DNA of 50,459 nt, from positions 1 through 50,459 of the forward strand of contig JBDRBL010000021.1 of the NCBI GenBank assembly GCA_043822685.1. The letters run 5' to 3'. Position numbers and translations under genes: made by a program. Under the pieces are notes generated by a model. The model saw only the letters and a program-made list of their open reading frames with translations, was not told the origin of the DNA and did not search any database. The DNA comes from Candidatus Shapirobacteria bacterium. Lineage in GTDB: Bacteria > Patescibacteriota > Microgenomatia > PFEM01 > JBDRBL01. This document shows, piece by piece, positions 35,699 to 44,296 of the stretch (positions within the stretch are counted from its first letter, which is position 1; each line of letters opens with the position of its first letter).

Positions 35699-37786
35699 TT
35701 ATTTCTCCGTCAAATGAATTTTAATCCTCTCCGGCCGAGGCGGAAAAGTGGCAATCTTTTCCGGCAGACGCGGTCTTATAGCAATCTCAACCCGGCTCAC
35801 TTCAGGTAAATTAATCAGATAGCTCCGACCTAGTTGCGGCCGCTTGCCGGCCAGATTCTGACTAATTGCGTTCAAGTCAAGTTCCGGTTGCAAACCCGCT
35901 CTCACTCTCGCGTTAAAAAGCGCCGCACCGTCTTTGGCCAAATTTTTCAAAGTGAAGGATATCTCTGCCTCCTCCGGTTGGTAGCGATAACCCGCCGGCA
36001 CCAAACGCGCCACTTCCTCGCTGATCAACTGCTTCAAATCCTCTTTCTGATAACTCAACATGCCAAACTTCACCTTTAACTTCAAATTCACCCGATCGGC
36101 TTCTTCATCCACCTCTTTGTCATACTCCTTGCTTACAACCTTCATCACCAGCGACTCTTCAACCAACTCCTGATTCGTGTCCACTTTGCTCTTCAACCCC
36201 TCTATCGCTTCCGCCTTCATCTCCTCGGTTAACTCCTTTGCCAAATCCTCTCGATCCTTGGCCGCGACCGCAGTTACCTCTTCACTGCTTCCTCCCAAAA
36301 AAGCATTTTCATTCTTAGCCGCAAAATCCAACTTGGCCAAATTCGCTACGATAAACTCCGTCCCCGCCACCAGATTATAATCGGTGCCGAATTTAACTGC
36401 GGTTACCTTAACCACCACGCTGGGAACCGTCTCTAAAGTGCTGCTGTGAGAAGCAATCACAACTCCTTCGTCCAGGCTAAACTTCAAACCGGAAGTTGTC
36501 GTAATCAGTGTCCCGGCCGCAAATTCCTTTTCCTTCGAAGTATTATTATAAACCCTTGCTTCACCTTTGGCCGCTTCACCAATGATCTTTTTACCGCTCG
36601 CTGCCTGACCTTTTTCTCTCTCCGCTTCCATCTCCACTAATCGCCCCGGCAAAGTCATCTTTTCCTTGTCGCTCTCACTCGCCCCCGGATCCAATTTTAG
36701 CGTCAACTCCTTCTCCAAAAATTTGTTTTCCACCCCCAAGGTCACCTCCGCCGACGACAGATTCCAATACAGCCAAAACAACCCTCCCAGCACCAGCACC
36801 AAAACCACAAGAAGTATCTCCAGTACCCTTAACGCTCGTCCCTGAAACCGCCAAGTCCAGTTTAACCGCGGCCGTGGCCAGCGGGGCAGCCTCCACTTTT
36901 TCTCCTTCTTCTCCGCCTTGATCACCACTTCCTCTTTATCCACTAACTCCATCATCGTCTTTACCTCGTCCACTGATTTTGCTGCCGGTTCCACCAACTG
37001 CGGCCCTTCTTCCACTACCCCAATCGCCTGCACCAACTCCTGCCCGCCCGCCAGCGCTACAGCCCGAACATCCACATCCGGCCCTAACACTTCTACTTTA
37101 GGCAAGTGCAAAAAGTTAATTCCCGCGCTTGCCCAAGAATAAGCCAGCAATTCCTGCCCCAAATCTTCTATTTTGCCTTTTCCGTCATACAAAATTATCC
37201 GCGGAGGAAAGTAACAATTCGTCCCACAGCGTGATAGTCCCTCGGCCAAATCCGCCCCAAAATTTTCGCTCCGCTCCACTTCTTCATTTGCGGTTATTCT
37301 TCCCAAATTAACCAAACTCAAAAATAGATACCGCTCGCCCACGCCCACCAAAATTGCCGTCGGCGGTACTCCTTCCGCCGTTTTAAGATAATGAACCATT
37401 GCCTCCGGCACAACAACAAAACCCGCCGGTTTCAACTCTAACTTCTGTGACAGCTCCTTCAGCTCCCCAATTCTTTCCGCCGCAATCTTTTCTCCTTCCG
37501 CCCATCCTGACGGTAAACCAAAAATTACCCGGCTCGGCTCCTCTGCCCCCGCCGGCAAATTTAAGCGGCTAACCGCCGTTGACAAGGAGGCATCCGCGGC
37601 CGCCAACAGCCCTTCTGAACCTGACCAAGCTGTCTCTTTTCCTAAAGAAATAATTTTTACTTTCTGCTCCTCCACCAACCAAACCGCACTCTTTACCACC
37701 TCCGCCGTAATTTGCAGAACGAAGAAAAACTCGGGTTTAACTTCTTCTTTCGACTTTAAATGCTCAAAAAAACTTTTTACTTCCAT
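35699..37786 (-). CDS. Hypothetical single-pass membrane protein (695 aa)
   Basis: Long ORF ending 1 nt before the sortase gene start. It has one strong hydrophobic helix around residues 327-351 (LRVLEILLVVLVLVLGGLFWLYWNL) and a Lys/Glu-rich C-terminal half. No family could be confirmed by eye. Confidence 0.75.
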   Translation of the reverse strand: MEVKSFFEHLKSKEEVKPEFFFVLQITAEVVKSAVWLVEEQKVKIISLGKETAWSGSEGLLAAADASLSTAVSRLNLPAGAEEPSRVIFGLPSGWAEGEKIAAERIGELKELSQKLELKPAGFVVVPEAMVHYLKTAEGVPPTAILVGVGERYLFLSLVNLGRITANEEVERSENFGADLAEGLSRCGTNCYFPPRIILYDGKGKIEDLGQELLAYSWASAGINFLHLPKVEVLGPDVDVRAVALAGGQELVQAIGVVEEGPQLVEPAAKSVDEVKTMMELVDKEEVVIKAEKKEKKWRLPRWPRPRLNWTWRFQGRALRVLEILLVVLVLVLGGLFWLYWNLSSAEVTLGVENKFLEKELTLKLDPGASESDKEKMTLPGRLVEMEAEREKGQAASGKKIIGEAAKGEARVYNNTSKEKEFAAGTLITTTSGLKFSLDEGVVIASHSSTLETVPSVVVKVTAVKFGTDYNLVAGTEFIVANLAKLDFAAKNENAFLGGSSEEVTAVAAKDREDLAKELTEEMKAEAIEGLKSKVDTNQELVEESLVMKVVSKEYDKEVDEEADRVNLKLKVKFGMLSYQKEDLKQLISEEVARLVPAGYRYQPEEAEISFTLKNLAKDGAALFNARVRAGLQPELDLNAISQNLAGKRPQLGRSYLINLPEVSRVEIAIRPRLPEKIATFPPRPERIKIHLTEK

Positions 37787-37799
37787 TTTGGGCAGTCAT

Positions 37800-37822
37800 C
37801 CCATCGGCGAGTCGCCGATGGG
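37800..37822. repeat. 10-bp perfect GC-rich hairpin between alaS and the 695-aa gene
   Basis: CCCATCGGCG-AGT-CGCCGATGGG. No U-run follows on either strand. Confidence 0.5.
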
Positions 37823-37829
37823 GCGGGCA

Positions 37830-39682
37830 CTAGACTATTTGTAAATAAAGACGGCGTTTCCCTGCACCGACTGCTTCCTGTTTTTTTATTTTAACCATCC
37901 CAATTTCTCCTGTAAAGGCAACGTGCGGCCCAGCGCACAACTCTGTCGAAAAACCGCCAATTTTATAAACCTTGGCCCGCTGGGGATATTTCTCCGGAAA
38001 AAAGCAGTTGCTCCCTCCTTAACCGCCTCATCTTTGTCTCTTATCTCAAAACTTACCGGCCAATTCTCCTTGATTTTTTGGTTGACCCACTTCTCTACTT
38101 GCTTAATCTCTTTTTCTTCCAGTTTTCGGGGATGACTAAAATCAAAACGCGCCCGGCTGGTCGTAATGTTGCTTCCCTCCTGCTTAATGTGTTCTCCCAA
38201 AACTGCCCGCAAAGCCGCCTGCACCAGATGGGTCGCCGTGTGGTATTTGATCGTTGTCTGGTTTTGGTCCTGCAAGCCGCCGCGAAACATGCTTATTGAA
38301 GCAGAACGGGATAATTCTTGGTGTTTTTTAAACTCTTTTTTAAATTCTTGGTGCGTAATTTTTTGACCCTTCTCTCTGGCCAACTCCGCGGTCAATTCCC
38401 AAGGAAAACCGTAACTTTGATAAAGATCAAAAGCCTTCCGCCCATTAATCGTTCCTAGTCTCTCCAGCTCCCGCAAGCCCTTCACCAATACTTTATTGAA
38501 CTTAACCGCCTCATTGCCGATTTCGCCACCAATTCTCCGGTTTTCTTTCTCTTTATCAAAATACACTCCATCATAACTCGTCAGCACTTTTGCCACAATC
38601 TTCTCTAACTCGCCCTCACCAGCATCGACTTGCAATTGGCGAATCTTCACCAATGCCCGTCGAATCAATCGCCGCAAAACATAACCCTGACCTTTATTGG
38701 CCGGAATCACGCCATTCTTTACTAAAAAACTGGCCGCAGTCACATGGTCAGCAACAATGCGCATCGGCACCCTGTTTTTCTCCTCTTGGTAACTCTTGTC
38801 GGTTATCTCTTCAATTACCTTAATTACTCCGGCATATATATCTGTTTTAAAAATATCCGGATCGTCTCTTGTCGCCGCGAGCTGGCGCACCAGACCACCG
38901 CCAAAATCAACACTCTTTTGTTTTAACTCCTTCAATGATCCGTCGGCTTGTTTTTGGTACTGCATAAAAACAGAATTGCCAATTTCCAAAAACCGGCCGC
39001 AGTCCCAATCGGGGTGACATTTTGGATCAAACTTTGGCTGGTGAGACGGACCAAAATCATAAAAAACCTCGCTGTCGGGACCACCGATTTCACCTTGGGG
39101 CATTTGATCGGGCGTGCCTAAGCGAGACCACCAGTTCTTGTCCACTCCATAAGCAAAGATCCTTTTGCCTTCTTTGGCGTTGATGCCTTTTTGAGCAAAT
39201 AATTTTTGCCAAATTAAAATACTCTCTTTATCTTTGCTTACCGTCTTGTCACCCGCAAAAACCGTCACGTAGAGCCGCCGCGGATCCAAACCTAAGCCCT
39301 CAACTGAATCAGTTAAAAAAGTAAAAAAATAGTTTAGTTGTTCTTCTTTGAAATAGCTTCCCAATGACCAATTGCCTTCCATTTCAAAAAAGGTCGTGTG
39401 CCGTGTATTACCCACTTCCAAAGTATCATCTGAAGCAATCCCCTGACCGCGGAAACATAATTGGATGTCGACCAATTTTTTCCCCAAAGGATGAGGCTCG
39501 CCCATCAAATAGGGGACGAGCGGCTGCATGCCGCTAGAAACAAACAACGTTGTGGCATCATTCTCCGGTACCAGCGGCGATGAAGGAATAATTTTGTGTC
39601 CTCTTTTAACAAAAAAATTCAGATATTTCTGTCTTAATTCTCGGGAATTCACAATTGTAATTGTACTCTTTTTCGGCTTCAA
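37830..39682 (-). CDS. alaS: Alanine--tRNA ligase (short form, no C-Ala domain), with a 1-nt frameshift near the 3' end
   Basis: N-terminal class II motifs are present: FVSSGMQPLVPY and RHTTFFEMEGNWSLGSYFK. After ..EGATAFF the ORF-track frame becomes nonsense. The frame reached by adding one nucleotide to the homopolymer at 37998-38003 reads PEKYPQRAKVYKIGGFSTELCAGPHVAFTGEIGMVKIKKQEAVGAGKRRLYLQIV*, the canonical AlaRS editing-domain end, with its stop at 37830-37832. Confidence 0.88.
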
Positions 39683-39720
39683 TCACAAGCTCTGATTCTC
39701 GCAGCACAACCAACCCCATT

Positions 39721-39748
39721 TGTTATCATGTTTTAAAACATGATAACA
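39721..39748. promoter_or_regulatory. 28-bp perfect palindrome, copy 2
   Basis: Exact TGTTATCATGTTTTAAAACATGATAACA. It lies 38 nt upstream of the alaS TTG start and 50 nt downstream of the stop of the TrpR-like gene. Confidence 0.6.
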
Positions 39749-39797
39749 TTATTTTATACACCCAAAATCAAATTAGAAAGGTTTGGCGCCATTTAGA

Positions 39798-40184
39798 TCA
39801 GTCGCGACTTTTTGGGGGAAGAACCTCGCCGATAAAATCTTCGATCTTCTGCCAAAAATCAGCCATCTTTTCACTTTTGACAATTTTATCAATCACCGGC
39901 CAGTAACCGCTTTGACTATGGCCTAAAGTCAGGCTTACCTTGCTAACCGTGGTAAGACTAACTTTTAACCAGCGGCTAATCGTTCGCTGGTCATAATTTT
40001 TAAAAAGCAGGAAAGCAATCGCCAATCTTTTGGCTAACATCACCTTTTCCGTCGGCGACAATAAAGCTCCCAGAAAATCCTCAACGCGATCTTTGGTTGT
40101 AGCGGTAGCGACTGCCTCCAAAAAAAGATCAAAAATTCTTTTCTCAATCTCCACCGCTAAAGGCCTGCGCGAAACCTGTGTCAT
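39798..40184 (-). CDS. TrpR/YerC-YecD-like helix-turn-helix DNA-binding protein
   Basis: 128-aa ORF. LLSPTEKVMLAKRLAIAFLLFKNYDQRTISRWLKVSLTTVSKVS resembles the Trp-repressor-related family architecture. Confidence 0.65.
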   Translation of the reverse strand: MTQVSRRPLAVEIEKRIFDLFLEAVATATTKDRVEDFLGALLSPTEKVMLAKRLAIAFLLFKNYDQRTISRWLKVSLTTVSKVSLTLGHSQSGYWPVIDKIVKSEKMADFWQKIEDFIGEVLPPKSRD

Positions 40185-40191
40185 ATTCTTA

Positions 40192-40219
40192 TGTTATCAT
40201 GTTTTAAAACATGATAACA
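40192..40219. promoter_or_regulatory. 28-bp perfect palindrome, copy 3
   Basis: Exact copy whose proximal edge is 7 nt upstream of the ATG of the TrpR-like gene. Its proximal half, read on the minus strand, is TGATAACAT-aagaat-ATG. Confidence 0.6.
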
Positions 40220-40346
40220 ACACTCTTGAAATCCTACTCGCTAGAAAAGACGAATTTGTTCCCTCTTGAAGTAGAAACTATTGATGGTCATCATGCTTGG
40301 TTTTTTCTTAACGAAAAACTATTAATAGAGAAAGTTTTTGATTTTT

Positions 40347-40851
40347 TTACAAAGCAAAAGCTTTAACGGCGGAGATTAAAAAGGTTTGAATTTCCTGCGG
40401 CGAATATTTTTGCGACAAAAAGTCAATTTTGAAATCTTTAAGATCAGTAAAGTAAACCAGCTGCTCCAAAAACAATCTTTCCGAAAAGGCCCCGGCGGCC
40501 AACGACATAAGCCTTATTAGTCGCCAAATCATCAAGACGAGAAAGAAAAACACCTTCTTTTCGAATGGGCCGATGCAACGGTAAAAAGGGAAAATGAACC
40601 AAGCTAATCTTTACTCGATCGGCGGTGATCAGAGAAAGTTCATCGGAAGTATTAACAATCAGTTTTATCTTTTGACCAAAAATTTTTTTGGCCTTTAAAA
40701 CCATTTTGGAAGCGATCGGATTGAGAGAAAACAAATCAAAATCATAAGAAAAACGATGTCCCAACTGCAAAGCCAGAGCGGTGCCGCCAGCCAAAACTAA
40801 ACCACCACGCTGTCTTTTCGCCAGTCGAGCTTCTCTCTTTTTCTCGACCAC
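40347..40851 (-). pseudogene. Disrupted nucleotidyltransferase (AbiEii/DUF1814-like) gene
   Basis: Two overlapping ORFs in different frames. ORF 40444-40851 carries GGTALALQLGHRFSYDFDLF. ORF 40347-40553 carries AFSERLFLEQLVYFTDLKDF. The frames switch right after GRRG, and a central segment appears to be missing. Confidence 0.45.
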
Positions 40852-40908
40852 AACAATCCCTGAAGACCCTTGGGAACAAGCCTTGTCATAATTTTATTTT
40901 ATCACAAA

Positions 40909-41271
40909 TCAGGCCAGTTTTTTGCCGCTGGAGGTGAAGAACTTGACCGCCTTGCGGCCGCGGTCACGCAAACCCTCGACTCGATCCTGCAACTCATCCA
41001 AGTGAGTCAATTCACTCCCCACCTTTCTTTTAATCTCCTCTTCTATCCTCAAGGCACTTTTTTTCAACTCGGCCCCTTTATCACCAATCTCCTCCACTGC
41101 TTCTTTTACTTCTTCCGCCAACTCTCCGCCCTTCTTCTTAATTTCCTTCTTCACCTGTCTGCCTCTCTCCGTATTATTCAAAAAATAAACCCCTCCCACA
41201 GCCGCGACAGCCCCAACCAAAATGCCCGCTAAAAACCTCCCGGCGCCTTCGCCTTTGCCATCATCGCACAT
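40909..41271 (-). CDS. YtxH-like small membrane/stress protein
   Basis: 120-aa ORF with a Gly-rich hydrophobic N-terminus (FLAGILVGAVAAVGGVYFL) followed by a Lys/Glu-rich helical region. Confidence 0.5.
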   Translation of the reverse strand: MCDDGKGEGAGRFLAGILVGAVAAVGGVYFLNNTERGRQVKKEIKKKGGELAEEVKEAVEEIGDKGAELKKSALRIEEEIKRKVGSELTHLDELQDRVEGLRDRGRKAVKFFTSSGKKLA

Positions 41272-41521
41272 TCTTTTTCCCTCCTACAAACCTGCCAATA
41301 ACCCCCATCATCGTTGCCGCTTGAGACAAGACCTCACCCATCGCCAGCACCGGCCGGGAAATCGATCTTGTCATCACCTCCGCCTCATCTAAAATCCGAT
41401 TAACCCGCCTTAACGACCAGCGCACTTCCCTTAAAATAAAAAACAATTGAACTCCAATCACGCACAGAAGCAGTGTCAAAACCACAACCACAACAATCAA
41501 AACTATCTGGGCAGTTTCCAT
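41261..41521 (-). CDS. DUF948-like small membrane protein
   Basis: 86-aa ORF with an N-terminal TM helix and then a helical region (REVRWSLRRVNRILDEAEVMTRS). Confidence 0.45.
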   Translation of the reverse strand: METAQIVLIVVVVVLTLLLCVIGVQLFFILREVRWSLRRVNRILDEAEVMTRSISRPVLAMGEVLSQAATMMGVIGRFVGGKKNVR

Positions 41522-41548
41522 ACTGAATTAATTATCAAAGCCTCCCGC

Positions 41549-42178
41549 TCATTTGTCAAGACGGAAAACTGCTTTTTGCTTCACCGACTCCTGACCGTTG
41601 CGGCCTTTGGCTCTAATCGTAATTTGATTCTCCTCGGAAAACAGATCTAAAAAATAATGAAACTCGCCTTGCTGGTTCAAGATTACCGGCTGATCGTTTA
41701 CCGTCACTAGCGCATCAACGTCCGTCCGTCCCGCCACCTCAATCCTGTCCACCAAAACCTCCTCGCCTCCCTGTGGAGACCACACCTCCAAATAAGGCCC
41801 TTTGGCCAGCAGAAAATACTGCCGCACCAAATAAAATGCCAGCCCAATTAAAATTCCCGCCACCAGCCACCGACCCCGCCAGCCTCCCCTTGACTGATCC
41901 ACTGCCTTTCGCCAGCCCACCGGCACCCCTTCTTTTTCTTCTCCTTTTTGATAGTCGCGGCGCAACAGCGCCAGCAGCGGTTCGGCAGCCAAACCCAGAT
42001 ACTCGGCGTAATTCTTCAGAAAACCCCGGGCAGATGTTGCTGAAAGTAGTTGAGAATAATCATTTTCTTCCAAGGCCTTCAAAAACTGTTCTCGAATCTT
42101 CGTTTCTCTGGCCACTTCCTGTAAATTCCAATTCTTTTCCTGACGCGCCGCCCGCAAGACTTCCCCTGCTGTCTTCAT
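41549..42178 (-). CDS. RodZ-like HTH membrane protein
   Basis: 209-aa ORF with an N-terminal HTH (LRAARQEKNWNLQEVARETKIREQFLKALEEND), ARGFLKNYAEYLGL, one TM segment and a C-terminal beta-rich domain. Confidence 0.6.
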   Translation of the reverse strand: MKTAGEVLRAARQEKNWNLQEVARETKIREQFLKALEENDYSQLLSATSARGFLKNYAEYLGLAAEPLLALLRRDYQKGEEKEGVPVGWRKAVDQSRGGWRGRWLVAGILIGLAFYLVRQYFLLAKGPYLEVWSPQGGEEVLVDRIEVAGRTDVDALVTVNDQPVILNQQGEFHYFLDLFSEENQITIRAKGRNGQESVKQKAVFRLDK

Positions 42179-44295
42179 GTGATCCGCCCCGTCAAAAATT
42201 CCTCGGCATTCTTAACCAAAACCTCCCGCGCCTTCGAACTATCCGGCGGTCCAACTACTCCCTCCACTTCCAGCTGATCAATAATCCGCGCCGCGCGCGC
42301 GTAGCCGATACTCAAGCGTCTTTGCAAGAGTGATGCCGATGCCCGCTGATAGCGGCACACCTCCTGCACCGCCTCCACAAATAAATCATCACTCTCCGCT
42401 TCGCCCGCAACAACACCACTTCCCTTCCGCCAAGCACTGCCTTCCACCGCCGCCGGCATACTTGTCACCTCCTCCGCATACGCTGGCTTGCCACTCTCCC
42501 GTAAAAATTCAATCAAGCCCTTCACTTCCGGATCTGAAATATAGGTCCCCTGAATTCGTGTCGCTTTTGCCTGATCCGGCGGCACATAGAGCATATCGCC
42601 CCTTCCCAACAGCTTTTCCGCTCCCGGTCCGTCAATAATCACCCGAGAATCAATTTGCGACGACACGTTAAAGGCGATCCGACAAGGAATATTGGCCTTA
42701 ATCAGACCGGTAATCACGTCAACCGAAGGCCTTTGTGTTGACACCACCAAATGAATCCCTGTCGCCCGCGCCATCTGGGCAATCCGGCAGATAGCGTCTT
42801 CCACCTCACCCGGGGCAAACAACATCACATCCGCCAATTCATCAATTACAATTAAAATGTAAGGCAGCGCCACAAAACCGCATGCCTCATTATAAACTTC
42901 AATATTCCTCGCCCCTCCCTCCACAAATAATTTATATCGCCGCTCCATCTCGGCAATTGCCCATTTTAACGCCGACAAGACCTTCGACGGCTCCACAATT
43001 ACCGGTGACAAAAGATGGGGGATTTCATTATATTGCGTCAACTCCACTCTTTTGGGATCAACCATTAAAAACTTAACTTCCGAGGGCGAAGCTCTAAATA
43101 AAATTGACGAAATAAAAGAATGCAGACAAACCGATTTCCCGGAGCCGGTTGAACCGGCAATCAAAATGTGCGGCATCTTCCCGATATCTCCGATTATCGG
43201 CTCGCCCGCCACGTTCAACCCCAAGGCCACTGCCAGCTTCGACTTGTGTTTCTTCATCGCGCTCGAGGTCAAAATCCGCTTCAAAGCGACAAACTCCGGT
43301 GAGCGGTTGGGAACTTCCACGCCTACCAGCGACCGTCCCGGAATTGGCGCCTCAATCCGAATCTGCCCCGTCGGCGCCGCCATCGCCAGGGCCAAATCAT
43401 TCGCTAAAGTCGTAATTTTTGATAATTTGGTCCCCAAAGCGATTTCCAAAGCGTATTGCGTTACCGCCGGCCCCGGATTAACCTCAACCACTTTAGCCGA
43501 CACCCCAAACGACTCCAATGTTTTTTCAATCTTCTCGGCATTTTCATTAATATCGCCCCGATCCGCTTTACCGGAAACCGCTTCCATCAGCAAGCTCATC
43601 GGCGGATACCGCCAAGCCTGATCACCTGCCGGGGCATTACTCACTACCGTTTCCCCCAATAAACCCACCCCCGTCACTCTTTTCATCTCTTCCTCTGACC
43701 TTTTTACTCCTCCTGCTTCACCAAGCGACGGCACATTAATCTTCAACGGCCTATTTTGAATCGCGGCAAAATCCGTCTTCAATTTTACCAACGGTTTTTT
43801 CTTCTGGCTAATCACTTTCTTTATTTTTTCAATAAAATCAACCAACTCTTCGATCGAAGTATTAAAAAACAACAATAACCCAATTGCCATCACCGCCAGC
43901 AGAACCACAACCGCTCCCGCTGGCGTTCCCGCTTCCCCCAATTTTAACCAAAGGCTTTGGCCACCCCGACCCGACCTTGTGATTACTGTCACTGAAACAG
44001 CCGTCAATAGCGTTCCCAGTAAAATATTTGGATGGGCTAGTCGCCAGCGCAATCCAGACAACATCAAAGCGCAACTCAAGAAAATAAACGGCAAAAAAAT
44101 CACTCCCCAGCCCACATACTCCCCCAACCAGCCGAACAAACGGCCCAAAACCACTCCCTGTCGGGTAAACGATAAAACGATTAAAATACTCGCCGCCAAA
44201 AACACCACCATTCCCAAACTGTTCCACGTCTGTGGTTTAATTTTCAGCTTCCATTTCCGCTGTCGATGCTGTCTTTGGTATTTCGTTCTTTTCAT
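42175..44295 (-). CDS. ftsK: DNA translocase FtsK/SpoIIIE
   Basis: N-terminal TM helices, Walker A IAGSTGSGKSV, Walker B LPYILIVIDELAD, and a C-terminal gamma-like winged helix (SASLLQRRLSIGYARAARIIDQLE). The ATG at 44295 is preferred because it follows directly after the RNase J stop. Confidence 0.92.
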   Translation of the reverse strand: MKRTKYQRQHRQRKWKLKIKPQTWNSLGMVVFLAASILIVLSFTRQGVVLGRLFGWLGEYVGWGVIFLPFIFLSCALMLSGLRWRLAHPNILLGTLLTAVSVTVITRSGRGGQSLWLKLGEAGTPAGAVVVLLAVMAIGLLLFFNTSIEELVDFIEKIKKVISQKKKPLVKLKTDFAAIQNRPLKINVPSLGEAGGVKRSEEEMKRVTGVGLLGETVVSNAPAGDQAWRYPPMSLLMEAVSGKADRGDINENAEKIEKTLESFGVSAKVVEVNPGPAVTQYALEIALGTKLSKITTLANDLALAMAAPTGQIRIEAPIPGRSLVGVEVPNRSPEFVALKRILTSSAMKKHKSKLAVALGLNVAGEPIIGDIGKMPHILIAGSTGSGKSVCLHSFISSILFRASPSEVKFLMVDPKRVELTQYNEIPHLLSPVIVEPSKVLSALKWAIAEMERRYKLFVEGGARNIEVYNEACGFVALPYILIVIDELADVMLFAPGEVEDAICRIAQMARATGIHLVVSTQRPSVDVITGLIKANIPCRIAFNVSSQIDSRVIIDGPGAEKLLGRGDMLYVPPDQAKATRIQGTYISDPEVKGLIEFLRESGKPAYAEEVTSMPAAVEGSAWRKGSGVVAGEAESDDLFVEAVQEVCRYQRASASLLQRRLSIGYARAARIIDQLEVEGVVGPPDSSKAREVLVKNAEEFLTGRIT

Positions 44296-44296
44296 T

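Noticed and set aside
39682-39748. Short ORF starting at the ATG just after palindrome copy 2 (MGLVVLRESELVIEAEKEYNYNCEFPRIKTEISEFFC)
   Set aside because: It overlaps the alaS 5' end out of frame and has no Shine-Dalgarno or leaderless-type spacing. It has no recognisable features and is probably fortuitous.
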